Positions 26,119 through 34,655 of a stretch of DNA of 64,000 nucleotides are shown piece by piece. Origin of the DNA: Aggregatilineales bacterium (GTDB taxonomy: Bacteria > Chloroflexota > Anaerolineae > Aggregatilineales > J027); NCBI GenBank assembly GCA_965215855.1, contig CBDCER010000002.1, forward strand, positions 324,367-388,366, written 5' to 3'. The notes beneath the pieces were generated by a model. That model made no database searches and was not told the origin of the DNA. It worked only from the letters and a program-made list of their open reading frames with translations. Numbering within the stretch: position 1 is the first letter of the stretch; every line of letters begins with the position of its first letter. Position numbers and translations under genes: made by a program.

Positions 26119-28161
26119 ATGTTTGACATCTTACAAGAACATCCGCGCCGCACGGCAATCATCATGTTGTCGGTTGCGGCGATTTCAATTGTCTATCTGT
26201 TGATCGTAGTGGCACACACGTTGGACGTGAATGACGGCAACATCGGCGCGTTGCTGGACGACACCTGGATTCATGTCCGGTTTGCGGAACACATCAGCCA
26301 GGGAGAAGGTCTCAGCTATAACGACGGCGAATTGACGGCGGGAGCGACTAGCCCGCTGTGGGTATTGCTGCTGGCAATCCCCTTCGCGCTATTCGATCCA
26401 GGCATCATGCAACAAGTAGATATTGCCATTATCATGAGCGCCATCGGGCATGTAGTCTCGGCGCTGGCGATTACGGGCTTCGGATGGTGGGCCACGCGCC
26501 AGGCATGGGTCGGCTGGGCAGCAGGTGTACTCACAGCCCTGACTGGCCGCTATATTTGGATGGGCCTGACTGGCATGGAAATTACGACGTTCACCACATT
26601 CTGCATCTTGAGCGTCTGGAGTCATATGCACGATGTTCGTGAAAGACGAACCTTCTCGCCACGAACGGGTATCATGCTAGCGCTCGCCAGTCTGGGGCGT
26701 CCTGAAGCAGCTTTGTTGGCAGCATTGATCGGACTTGATGCCTTCATCTTGATCCCCTTGCGCGAACACAAAACACCCGAAGCCATCAGCGCCGGCATCA
26801 AACGTGGCTGGCGGGGTGTGGTGGTTTTCCTACTACTGGCGGGCACATATCCGTTCGCCAACTGGGTCATCAGTGGCTATCCGGTCCCCAATACGTTCCG
26901 CGCCAAGTCACAATTAGGCAATGAAGCCCCTGAACTGCCGCGGGCCTTGTTATGGATGACCAATGTCGATCATGGGCCGTTGCTAATCTTGCTGGCGGGA
27001 ATTGGCACGAGCTATATTCTGTGGCGGGCACGCCAGCGAGGTGGCTATAGCATGGTCTGGGCACTGTGGGGGCCGCTGTTCATCCTCGGTGTGCTGTTTC
27101 TGGGCGCGGAACGCTATGTGGTCAATCACTCGCGCTATGTTGCGCCCTCCATCCCCTTCAACGCACTAGCGGCGGTTGTGGGTGTGTGGGCGTTGACGCA
27201 GATACAATGGCCGCGCATCCAGACAAAAATGATGCAATATGCGCTTCCCGTCACCCTGGTGGGATTGATGGGAATTATCACGGTAGAGCGCGGCTGGCCC
27301 AATCGTGAGCAGGTCGCCAACGATGTCAAACAGATGCGTGCCATGCACATCCAGGCCGGATTCTGGTTTGCGGAGAATAGCGAGCCGGATGACGCGATTG
27401 CCTTGAATGATGTGGGTGCGATGATTCACATTTCAGATCGGCGCGTGATTGACTTGGAGGGGCTGGTCTATCCCAAAGTTATTGACTACACCCGTGATAC
27501 ACTCGATCACACTTGCGAACATGACCTGCAACTGGCACGAATCATGCTGGAAGACCCGCCGCGCTATATCGCAGTATTTCCGTGGTTCTATGAATGTTTG
27601 ACCGCCTGGCCGGACGCTTTGCAACCCTATTTCATCTTCGAGATCCGTGGGCCGACGGTGCTGGCCGGTGGTGAGACGGTGGTCTATATTCCGGTGTGGG
27701 AAAATTGGCCGATGCTGGCTACTGTACCATCTGATGTGATACCTGTCGGTGCATACTTCGAAGACAGGATTGAATTGGCAGGCTATCAGGCACAGTTGGT
27801 AGATGGCGGGCTGGAAGTCACGCTCTGGTGGCGGGCGCATGGGCAACCCGCTGATAACCATCACATTTTTGTGCATGTGGTGGATGACAGCGGAACACTG
27901 GCCGAAGTTGGCGAGGGCATCACATTGCAACATGACAGTGCCCCCCAACAGCAAGGCGGTCATGCGTTTGAAATGGCCTGGTGGCGCGATGGCGACATTA
28001 TCCGCGACGTTCACCTGATCCAATGGGAAGATCATTCCGTATTCCAGCAGGAAGGCCTGAGCCTGAATGTGGGCGTTTATCGCTATCCACAGGGGATCCG
28101 CCTGCAGGTACGCGGTGGTGGCGATTTCGTGAATCTGCCGTTGGCGTCAGTTACCGAATAG
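26119..28161 (+). CDS. large polytopic membrane protein, GT-C-like, with soluble C-terminal domain
   Basis: 680 aa. About 400 aa of TM helices are followed by a ~250-aa non-hydrophobic domain. The N-terminal loop is DDTWIHVRFAEHI. Confidence 0.45.
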   Translation: MFDILQEHPRRTAIIMLSVAAISIVYLLIVVAHTLDVNDGNIGALLDDTWIHVRFAEHISQGEGLSYNDGELTAGATSPLWVLLLAIPFALFDPGIMQQVDIAIIMSAIGHVVSALAITGFGWWATRQAWVGWAAGVLTALTGRYIWMGLTGMEITTFTTFCILSVWSHMHDVRERRTFSPRTGIMLALASLGRPEAALLAALIGLDAFILIPLREHKTPEAISAGIKRGWRGVVVFLLLAGTYPFANWVISGYPVPNTFRAKSQLGNEAPELPRALLWMTNVDHGPLLILLAGIGTSYILWRARQRGGYSMVWALWGPLFILGVLFLGAERYVVNHSRYVAPSIPFNALAAVVGVWALTQIQWPRIQTKMMQYALPVTLVGLMGIITVERGWPNREQVANDVKQMRAMHIQAGFWFAENSEPDDAIALNDVGAMIHISDRRVIDLEGLVYPKVIDYTRDTLDHTCEHDLQLARIMLEDPPRYIAVFPWFYECLTAWPDALQPYFIFEIRGPTVLAGGETVVYIPVWENWPMLATVPSDVIPVGAYFEDRIELAGYQAQLVDGGLEVTLWWRAHGQPADNHHIFVHVVDDSGTLAEVGEGITLQHDSAPQQQGGHAFEMAWWRDGDIIRDVHLIQWEDHSVFQQEGLSLNVGVYRYPQGIRLQVRGGGDFVNLPLASVTE

Positions 28162-28212
28162 CAAAAAACGCGACAACTGGTTGCCGCGCTTCGTTCTCGC
28201 CAATGGCCTTCA

Positions 28213-28614
28213 TCAGCCCGTCGGCGGTTGCACCAGGACATGCGTATTGCCATACAAATCGGTGAATACGGCCTGCACGCCCCAGGGAACCGCTTCTGGC
28301 TCAGTTGTGAATTCAACGCCTTTGGCCTTCAATTCAGCAACCGTCTGGCGACAATCATCAGTGGCGAACACAAAACCCGGCCCTTTGCCTATTTGGGCTG
28401 CCCGCTCTGCGACAGTACCGGCCGATCCCCATCCGGCGGGTTGCAACACAATCTCCATGTCAGGATGATTCTTGGGGCCAACGGTCACCCACCGTGCGCC
28501 CTCACCCATCGGCTGATCGGTGCGTTTCTCAAATCCCAATGTTTCTGTGTAGTAGTTCAGCGCCTCTTCTTGATCGCGGACCAGGATTGAAGCATGGGTT
28601 AGTTTGGTTATCAT
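28213..28614 (-). CDS. VOC (glyoxalase/bleomycin-resistance/dioxygenase) family protein
   Basis: Begins MITKLTHASILVRDQEEALNYYTETLGF. The internal ATG at 28614 has an AGGA RBS and is preferred over 28635. Confidence 0.8.
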   Translation of the reverse strand: MITKLTHASILVRDQEEALNYYTETLGFEKRTDQPMGEGARWVTVGPKNHPDMEIVLQPAGWGSAGTVAERAAQIGKGPGFVFATDDCRQTVAELKAKGVEFTTEPEAVPWGVQAVFTDLYGNTHVLVQPPTG

Positions 28615-28654
28615 GGTGATTATCCTACAATGCAATATTAGAACGATTGTTCTG

Positions 28655-28682
28655 ATTATACCTCCAAAACGCCCAAAGTCAA
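28655..28682 (-). promoter_or_regulatory. near-consensus sigma70-type promoter for the VOC gene
   Basis: The minus strand reads TTGACT (28682-28677), a 16-nt spacer, then TATAAT (28660-28655). This is ~41 nt upstream of the ATG. The palindrome AGAACGATTGTTCT (28640-28653) lies just downstream. Confidence 0.45.
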
Positions 28683-28705
28683 TATCGACAGGACGAGTTT
28701 GGGCG
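28662..28705 (-). terminator. terminator candidate after the TPR gene
   Basis: CGCCCAAA and TTTGGGCG form an 8-bp stem (28670-28677 with 28698-28705). TTTT follows on the minus strand. The 20-nt loop weakens the call. Confidence 0.35.
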
Positions 28706-28775
28706 CGGCGGCAGCGCGGACGAGGTCAGGCCGCAGGTCTGGGCGAGATCGCGCAAATTAGGTATCAAATGCAGA

Positions 28776-30062
28776 TCATTCGCCCAGTTCAGTCAGCATC
28801 GTGTCCAGTTGGGGAATGTAGTCTTCTAACAGCAAGGCTTTGAAGCGAGCACGAGTATAAGCAATTTCCTTGCGGATAATGTCTATATCATCGGCTTCGG
28901 TACGTTTAAGTTGAATCGTATGAATTCTTATCAGCGATTCAGCAGCTTGCTTCAGTGTATAAGCATCCTGCAACTCGCCAGCCATCGTCAACGCCTGTCG
29001 GATGCGTTCGGTGGCAGCAGTGGCATCACCATTTCGCAGCAAAACCAACTGTCCTAATGTGATCTGCGACACGGCAAAGTTGCGGCGACGTCCCAGGCGA
29101 GAGAACATCTCACTGCTGAGACGGACATGTTCCTCGGCAGCATCAAATTTGCTCAGACGTCCTTCCAAACGCCCCAAATCATGATAAACGACCGCCAGCT
29201 CGGCTGTAGATCGTAGTGGCAACAGATCTTCCACCGCATCATTCAGACGACGTTCAGCCTCGGCCAGAAGACGCTTTTTCTCAACTTTATTAGGAGCGGA
29301 TTGGGCACGCACCTGATCAGCATAGGCCATCTGTCGTGACACCTGGGCACGCAAAGCCCACAGCCCCATCGTTTCGCAGGTCTGGAAGGCATCGTCTAAC
29401 AGCGTCGCGGCCCGTTCCAAATCGTTCTGGTGAATCAATGCCCCCGCCAAATCAACCGAAACACGGGTTCGCGTTTCAACAGCCCCCGAACTCAACGCCA
29501 CCAATACACGTTCAAACTGGGGGATGGCTGCCGCGAATTCACCACGACTGAGATAGGCACGCCCCATTTCATAGACGGCTGTGGCTTCAAGATCTACCGG
29601 ACCATCGCCATCGAGTAAGGACAATGCTTGCTCATAGCTGATTATGGCAGCTTCCATCTGACCACGGGCCAATAAATGCTGCCCATAGGCCAACAACGCA
29701 TGAATAAAATCGACCCGCAATTCATCCCGATTGGCGGCATAGAATTCGAGCGCCTGCCGAAACAGCCCCTCAGCCTCGTGTCGCATTCCACCTACTTCAT
29801 CCAACGTAGCTGCCATCTCGATGACAACCTTGGCATAGTGCGGGGTATGTTCATCGAGACGATAGTAGAGGCTTTCCAAATATTCCAAAAGTTCTTGAGC
29901 AAGCCCAGCCTCGCGCATCATTGATGCATGGCGCAGAATCAAATCCGCGACCTTCAGCGGATCAACAGTGCTGACGGGGCGCAGTTGTCGTCGGACAATG
30001 GCTCGGATGTTATTCAAGGTGGCCTGTTGTTCGGTGGTAAACAAAGTTGGAGTGTCCGCCAT
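28776..30062 (-). CDS. stand-alone TPR-repeat protein coupled to the STAND NTPase
   Basis: 428 aa, all alpha-helical with TPR_12-like units (e.g. YEMGRAYLSRGEFAAAIPQFERVL, YHDLGRLEGRLSKFDAAEEHV). Its ATG overlaps the upstream stop (TGATG, 30060-30064). Confidence 0.8.
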   Translation of the reverse strand: MADTPTLFTTEQQATLNNIRAIVRRQLRPVSTVDPLKVADLILRHASMMREAGLAQELLEYLESLYYRLDEHTPHYAKVVIEMAATLDEVGGMRHEAEGLFRQALEFYAANRDELRVDFIHALLAYGQHLLARGQMEAAIISYEQALSLLDGDGPVDLEATAVYEMGRAYLSRGEFAAAIPQFERVLVALSSGAVETRTRVSVDLAGALIHQNDLERAATLLDDAFQTCETMGLWALRAQVSRQMAYADQVRAQSAPNKVEKKRLLAEAERRLNDAVEDLLPLRSTAELAVVYHDLGRLEGRLSKFDAAEEHVRLSSEMFSRLGRRRNFAVSQITLGQLVLLRNGDATAATERIRQALTMAGELQDAYTLKQAAESLIRIHTIQLKRTEADDIDIIRKEIAYTRARFKALLLEDYIPQLDTMLTELGE

Positions 30063-32218
30063 CAGGGAGTTATCCTTAGCATATACTCAATCAGGGATTG
30101 GTCGATTTCATCCTGTTCTAAATCGCTCAGGGACAGGGTTTGACGCAAGAAATAGCGGATAGCCGCCGGAATATGATACAGTCGTCCGACACGGCCCAGT
30201 AATCCACGTTGCACCAACACACGCAACTGATCCTGTGTCGATTCGCCACCGATCACCACTGCCATTTCACGAGTAAAGCTATCTGGCAACCCTTTCAAAC
30301 GCCGCACTAAATTGAGCGCGTCTTCGGGCAATGTCTCCAGTTGGTCGCGCATATAAATATCATAGGCATCAGCCACGTCGCCAGTTAATTCCGCCAGGTC
30401 AGTCAATGTGGTGGACAATCCCTGGCGGCGCACCATCTGGGTCCCGGCATGGATCAACCAGGGCATTGCACCAGTATGTTCCACAAAAGCTGCCACTGCA
30501 TCATCATCAGGAAATTCGGATTGCAAATCATAATCGGCAATGAGTTGCAACGCCAGCCGTTCAGCCTCATCAGGCAATAACGTTTCCACCGTATTTTCTT
30601 CCGTGCCGCTGGTGTAGGTGATGGGCTGCACTGGACCGTAGGCCGTCAACAAGAAGCGTGTGCCACCAATGTTATCCAGGCGCGACACAAAATCGGCCAA
30701 CTCCCCAATCTCCAATGGATCGCCCCAAGCATCAACCTGATCCAACACCACCAACACCTGCCGTTCGCGCAGAATATCGCGCAGTGTGGCCCAATTGGTA
30801 TCCGCTGGCAGTTCCAACAAAGCCAGCAATTGCTCCACCACATCTTCCGACTTGGTGCGGTCGCTGACATTCATCCACAACACGCCATCAGGATAGCGCC
30901 AACCAAAGCGGGCTGCATATTCCGCCGCCAGCCAGCTTTTACCCGCACCACCCGACCCATAAATCGCGATTTGCCGGAAACTGGTTGAGGCGATTTCCTG
31001 GCTGAGTTCACTGAGCGGGGCACGTTGTCCAATAAAATCGGCATACTGTGGCACATTTCGCATGGGTGGCAGGCCAGGATCAATCAAAGAACGGCTGGCC
31101 CGCATAGTTTCAGGTGGAAAATCCAGGCGTAGGTTGTCTAATTCAGGCTTAAACCACAATTGATAGCACGCGACGTCGTCGGGGAATGTTTCCCGCAAAG
31201 CAGACGTAGCGGCATCAAACGCATCGCGCACGCTTTGTTGAGTGGCGATCCCACCATAGAAATGACGGGCGAAATACGCTGCACCACTAGCCGACGGTTG
31301 TTTGCTGGTTCCGATGAGTGCTTTAACCACTGTTTCCTCTAACAAAAAGTGGGCAGTTGGCTCACTGATGGGACTATCCATCACAACCAACTGCACGGCG
31401 CTATCGCGGAACAAATTGATAAAGGGTTGTGGGTAAAGCGGCGCTTCATGGCCCCATTCATCCTCCAAGATAAATACATCGTTCGCGCTGTGGCACACCA
31501 AATGCACGATAGGATATTCATTGCCCGCTGCCAGCGTATTCACCAGATGATCTGCTATGGGTGGATTTAGGCGGGTCAGGGCCAGTGGTACGCCTTGAGC
31601 ATGGGCAACTGCCGCCGCCAACTTTTGCCAGCCCTGAAGACCATCTAGCGCCATCTGGGGTGGAGATTCACCACCGTTACTGGCATAGGGCGCAGCAACA
31701 ACAGCCAATATTCCCAGGTAGCGACGTAGGTCGTAGGGAATGATATGGCGCATATCGTAAGGCACAACCACCCGTCCCTGCGCCACTTCGACTGGTACAT
31801 TGGAGAACGTGCTGGAAGCCGATACCACATCAGGCGTCCGGCCTGCCCACAACGCCACCAACTTCGACAGATTAAGCGTATACCGCTCATTACTGCTCAG
31901 GTCAACCCAATCCAACGTCTCCAGCGCAGGCATTACCGGAGCAAAGCGAGATACTACTGGCAAGATGATCTGATCGTTATCGCGGGCGAAATTCACCGCT
32001 TGCTGCACAACTGAAGATCCCATTGCATCAGGTGAGATCACCACCAAAACATAAGCTGCTTCTTCCAGCCCGGCCCTAGTAGCAGCATCACGGTCCGCAC
32101 CCGTGGGGATATGTTTTTCATCGAACCAGATATTCAGACCCGCTGCTTCCAAATCTTTGACCAGGCGACGAACAAAGCCTAAATCTTCGCGGGCATAACT
32201 GACAAACACATGCGACAT
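30062..32218 (-). CDS. TIR / CHAT-like / P-loop STAND NTPase multidomain protein
   Basis: 718 aa. The TIR-like N-terminus is VFVSYAREDLGFVRRLVKDLEAAGLNIWFDE. The middle region fits the CHAT pattern (IVHLVCHS, FILEDE, LVVMDSPIS, FARHFYGGI). Walker A is IYGSGGAGKSW and Walker B is VLVVLDQVD, followed by a helical C-terminal tail. Confidence 0.75.
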   Translation of the reverse strand: MSHVFVSYAREDLGFVRRLVKDLEAAGLNIWFDEKHIPTGADRDAATRAGLEEAAYVLVVISPDAMGSSVVQQAVNFARDNDQIILPVVSRFAPVMPALETLDWVDLSSNERYTLNLSKLVALWAGRTPDVVSASSTFSNVPVEVAQGRVVVPYDMRHIIPYDLRRYLGILAVVAAPYASNGGESPPQMALDGLQGWQKLAAAVAHAQGVPLALTRLNPPIADHLVNTLAAGNEYPIVHLVCHSANDVFILEDEWGHEAPLYPQPFINLFRDSAVQLVVMDSPISEPTAHFLLEETVVKALIGTSKQPSASGAAYFARHFYGGIATQQSVRDAFDAATSALRETFPDDVACYQLWFKPELDNLRLDFPPETMRASRSLIDPGLPPMRNVPQYADFIGQRAPLSELSQEIASTSFRQIAIYGSGGAGKSWLAAEYAARFGWRYPDGVLWMNVSDRTKSEDVVEQLLALLELPADTNWATLRDILRERQVLVVLDQVDAWGDPLEIGELADFVSRLDNIGGTRFLLTAYGPVQPITYTSGTEENTVETLLPDEAERLALQLIADYDLQSEFPDDDAVAAFVEHTGAMPWLIHAGTQMVRRQGLSTTLTDLAELTGDVADAYDIYMRDQLETLPEDALNLVRRLKGLPDSFTREMAVVIGGESTQDQLRVLVQRGLLGRVGRLYHIPAAIRYFLRQTLSLSDLEQDEIDQSLIEYMLRITP

Positions 32219-32361
32219 TATGTTTCAATCTTTCAATAAGTACGACACGCCAACACGCCCATTATAACGGCTGTTAGGAATGCGCGAAACTTGAATACGA
32301 TAAGTTCATTTATGATTGGTTTCCCAGCACGCGCCCAAGAATAATGAAAGTCTCTCCACAC

Positions 32362-32410
32362 CCTACTATCAACACTACCACCTATTAGGGGTGGTAGTGT
32401 TGATAGTAGG
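32362..32410. repeat. perfect 21-bp inverted repeat (hairpin, 7-nt loop)
   Basis: CCTACTATCAACACTACCACC (32362-32382), loop tattagg, then GGTGGTAGTGTTGATAGTAGG (32390-32410). It lies between the SDR stop (32517) and the TIR-STAND start (32218). Confidence 0.9.
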
Positions 32411-32516
32411 ATTTCTCAGTGGTATGGAGACAGAATTTCCGTTAGATGTTTTCCAAGAACTTTCAGAAGCCGGGCAACCTCAAAGTCGACTAACGACAAT
32501 ACACTGCCACCAACAG

Positions 32517-33308
32517 CTACATCGTGGCCTTAATTTCGCCACCATCCACCGGAATCATTGCGCCATGAATGAAACCTGCCGCTGGTGAACATAGGAAAGC
32601 GGCTACATTGCCGAATTCCTCTGGCGTACCCATACGTTTCAGGGGGATGCTCGCGGTTCGCGTGGCACGTTCTTCCTCTAGTGTTAGATTGTTAGATTTT
32701 GCCCGGAACTCCAACAATTGATCTGTGCGAGCCGTGGCCGTCCAGCCCGGCAGAATAGCATTCACCCGAATACCTTCTGATCCCAATTCATTCGCCAGTG
32801 TCTTGACCAGTCCGGCAATGCCCGCGCGATAGGTATTGGATAACAGTAGGTTCTGGGCAGGTTGTTTGACGGTCAGGGAGGTGATGGTCAAAATCGCTGC
32901 TCGGTCCGATTGGCGGAGATAGGGCAAAGCTGTCTTAATCATCTGGACGGTACTACTCAACAGCAGATGATAGGCCGTGTCCCAATCATCTAGCACCAAA
33001 TCATCAAATTTACCAGCACGCGGGCCACCCGCATTGGTCACCAGCACATCCAGGCCACCCAATTTTTCCGCAGCCTGTTCAATCACTGCTGAAATTGTGT
33101 CGCGCCGAATGAGATCACCTGCAATAGCGTGAATGCTTCCCCCACTCTCAGCCTGAATTGCCTGAGCAGTGGCTGTCAAGGTCTGCAAATCGCGTCCGTT
33201 GATGGCGACGTGCGCCCCCTCTAAACTAAATCGGCGAGCAGTGGCGGCTCCTAAACCAGAGCGACTGGCCGCCACAAAAACCTTTGCACCTGCAAGTCCT
33301 AAATCCAT
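32517..33308 (-). CDS. short-chain dehydrogenase/reductase (SDR) family protein
   Basis: 263 aa with a Rossmann N-terminus (KVFVAASRSGLGAATA) and NAGG. In the catalytic region (NTYRAGIAGLVKTLANELG), Tyr is present. By my alignment the Lys of YxxxK reads Ile. Confidence 0.85.
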   Translation of the reverse strand: MDLGLAGAKVFVAASRSGLGAATARRFSLEGAHVAINGRDLQTLTATAQAIQAESGGSIHAIAGDLIRRDTISAVIEQAAEKLGGLDVLVTNAGGPRAGKFDDLVLDDWDTAYHLLLSSTVQMIKTALPYLRQSDRAAILTITSLTVKQPAQNLLLSNTYRAGIAGLVKTLANELGSEGIRVNAILPGWTATARTDQLLEFRAKSNNLTLEEERATRTASIPLKRMGTPEEFGNVAAFLCSPAAGFIHGAMIPVDGGEIKATM

Positions 33309-33431
33309 AGATGGTTACTCCTTGTATGCAGCACCATTCTACCGCATCAGGGCATAACGCCAACCATTTCAGCCTATTAATTTGGTTGGCGAAGAAACAA
33401 ATCATTTTATGATGCGCGGGTGTAGTGTGAG

Positions 33432-34568
33432 CTACGAAAACAGCTCGCTCAACGCATATCGCAAATCTGTGAGGCGTTCTGGATCTGCCAAATACAAGAC
33501 ATAGTAGCTGGAACGTTGCGTTGTTACCCAACCATTTCTTTGCAAAATTTTCAGGTGTTTTGAAATAGCAGCATCAGAGATACCGATAATCTCTGCCAAT
33601 TCCCGTGTTGAGCGTGCTTTTTTAGCAATGAGTTTAATAATCTGCAATCTTGTCGGATCACTCAATGCCCGTAACATCGCCACCAAATCTTCCCCCAAAA
33701 CCGGTGAGCGACCTGCTTGTTGTATAGCAGACATTGGATATGTTATCGAAAGTGAGAAAGCACTCATTTTCAGCGAATTATCCAGAACGAAAGACATGTA
33801 TGGATACAGAAAATAAGAGGGATACAAATTCAAAGAACTCTGTTCATCCAGATGGAGCGTTTCATTTTCATATGAAGATACAAAAGTTACCGTTTGTGCA
33901 ACATCATCAATGTGTGTCCGAGGAGTCAGGTGTTTTAACGTTGCTGCCACTCCTGCATTGTATAAAAGCCGCCCTCGTTGCATAACCTCCTGGAAAAAAA
34001 GACCTTCAAGTGCGAGCCACTGTTCGCTAAAATGTGCCTCCCAGTACATATCAATGAACTCAATAAACCGTTGCTTCAAACGTTGTGGATCAGCAACTAA
34101 AATGTCTACCAATTCCAACGAATCAGGATAGTGTTGATTGATCCATGTTTTGGCTTTCACCTGCAAGCCGTAGTCTTCCAAAAAAACTTCAGGATCGGGG
34201 CAATTCAATATCTTGCGTTGGCCTTCGGGCGCTCTATCATGAGTGAGAAACATAATTATGGGTTCGATAAATCTATTGAGTGGCAAATGCGTAAACTGCC
34301 AGATTTCCTGACTATAGGATGGTTCCTCTACGTATTCAGACTGCCACAAGAGGCTGATACACTCTCGTATGATTACCCTAAAAAACCGTAGCTCGGCACG
34401 GAAATCAGACGGTAGATGTTTCATGGTTTCAACTGCCCAATTAATGTGTAGAGGATGGTGTTTATAGTCGTCTAGGACACGCAAACTAACGAGCAGTTCA
34501 TACAAAACAGAATAGCTGAAGGCCACTCGCTCAATCGGTAAATCTGCTAAATGGAGTTTTATCGACAT
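33432..34568 (-). CDS. ArsR-family wHTH regulator with large N-terminal domain (DUF5937-like)
   Basis: The C-terminal ArsR HTH is LSDPTRLQIIKLIAKKARSTRELAEIIGISDAAISKHLKILQRNGWV. The start is uncertain: TTG 34637, ATG 34601 or ATG 34568. I chose 34568 because it leaves a realistic divergent promoter region. The gene is markedly AT-rich. Confidence 0.7.
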   Translation of the reverse strand: MSIKLHLADLPIERVAFSYSVLYELLVSLRVLDDYKHHPLHINWAVETMKHLPSDFRAELRFFRVIIRECISLLWQSEYVEEPSYSQEIWQFTHLPLNRFIEPIIMFLTHDRAPEGQRKILNCPDPEVFLEDYGLQVKAKTWINQHYPDSLELVDILVADPQRLKQRFIEFIDMYWEAHFSEQWLALEGLFFQEVMQRGRLLYNAGVAATLKHLTPRTHIDDVAQTVTFVSSYENETLHLDEQSSLNLYPSYFLYPYMSFVLDNSLKMSAFSLSITYPMSAIQQAGRSPVLGEDLVAMLRALSDPTRLQIIKLIAKKARSTRELAEIIGISDAAISKHLKILQRNGWVTTQRSSYYVLYLADPERLTDLRYALSELFS

Positions 34569-34655
34569 CTGATTCACTATTTCGTTAATAAGTTGATTCA
34601 TCAGCTGACTATAGCTTAATGTAGAAGCGCCCTGCAAATTTTAGGAGGTTTCGCT

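Noticed and set aside
27433-28035. 200-aa minus-strand ORF
   Set aside because: It is antisense to the C-terminal domain of the 680-aa membrane protein, with no recognisable features.
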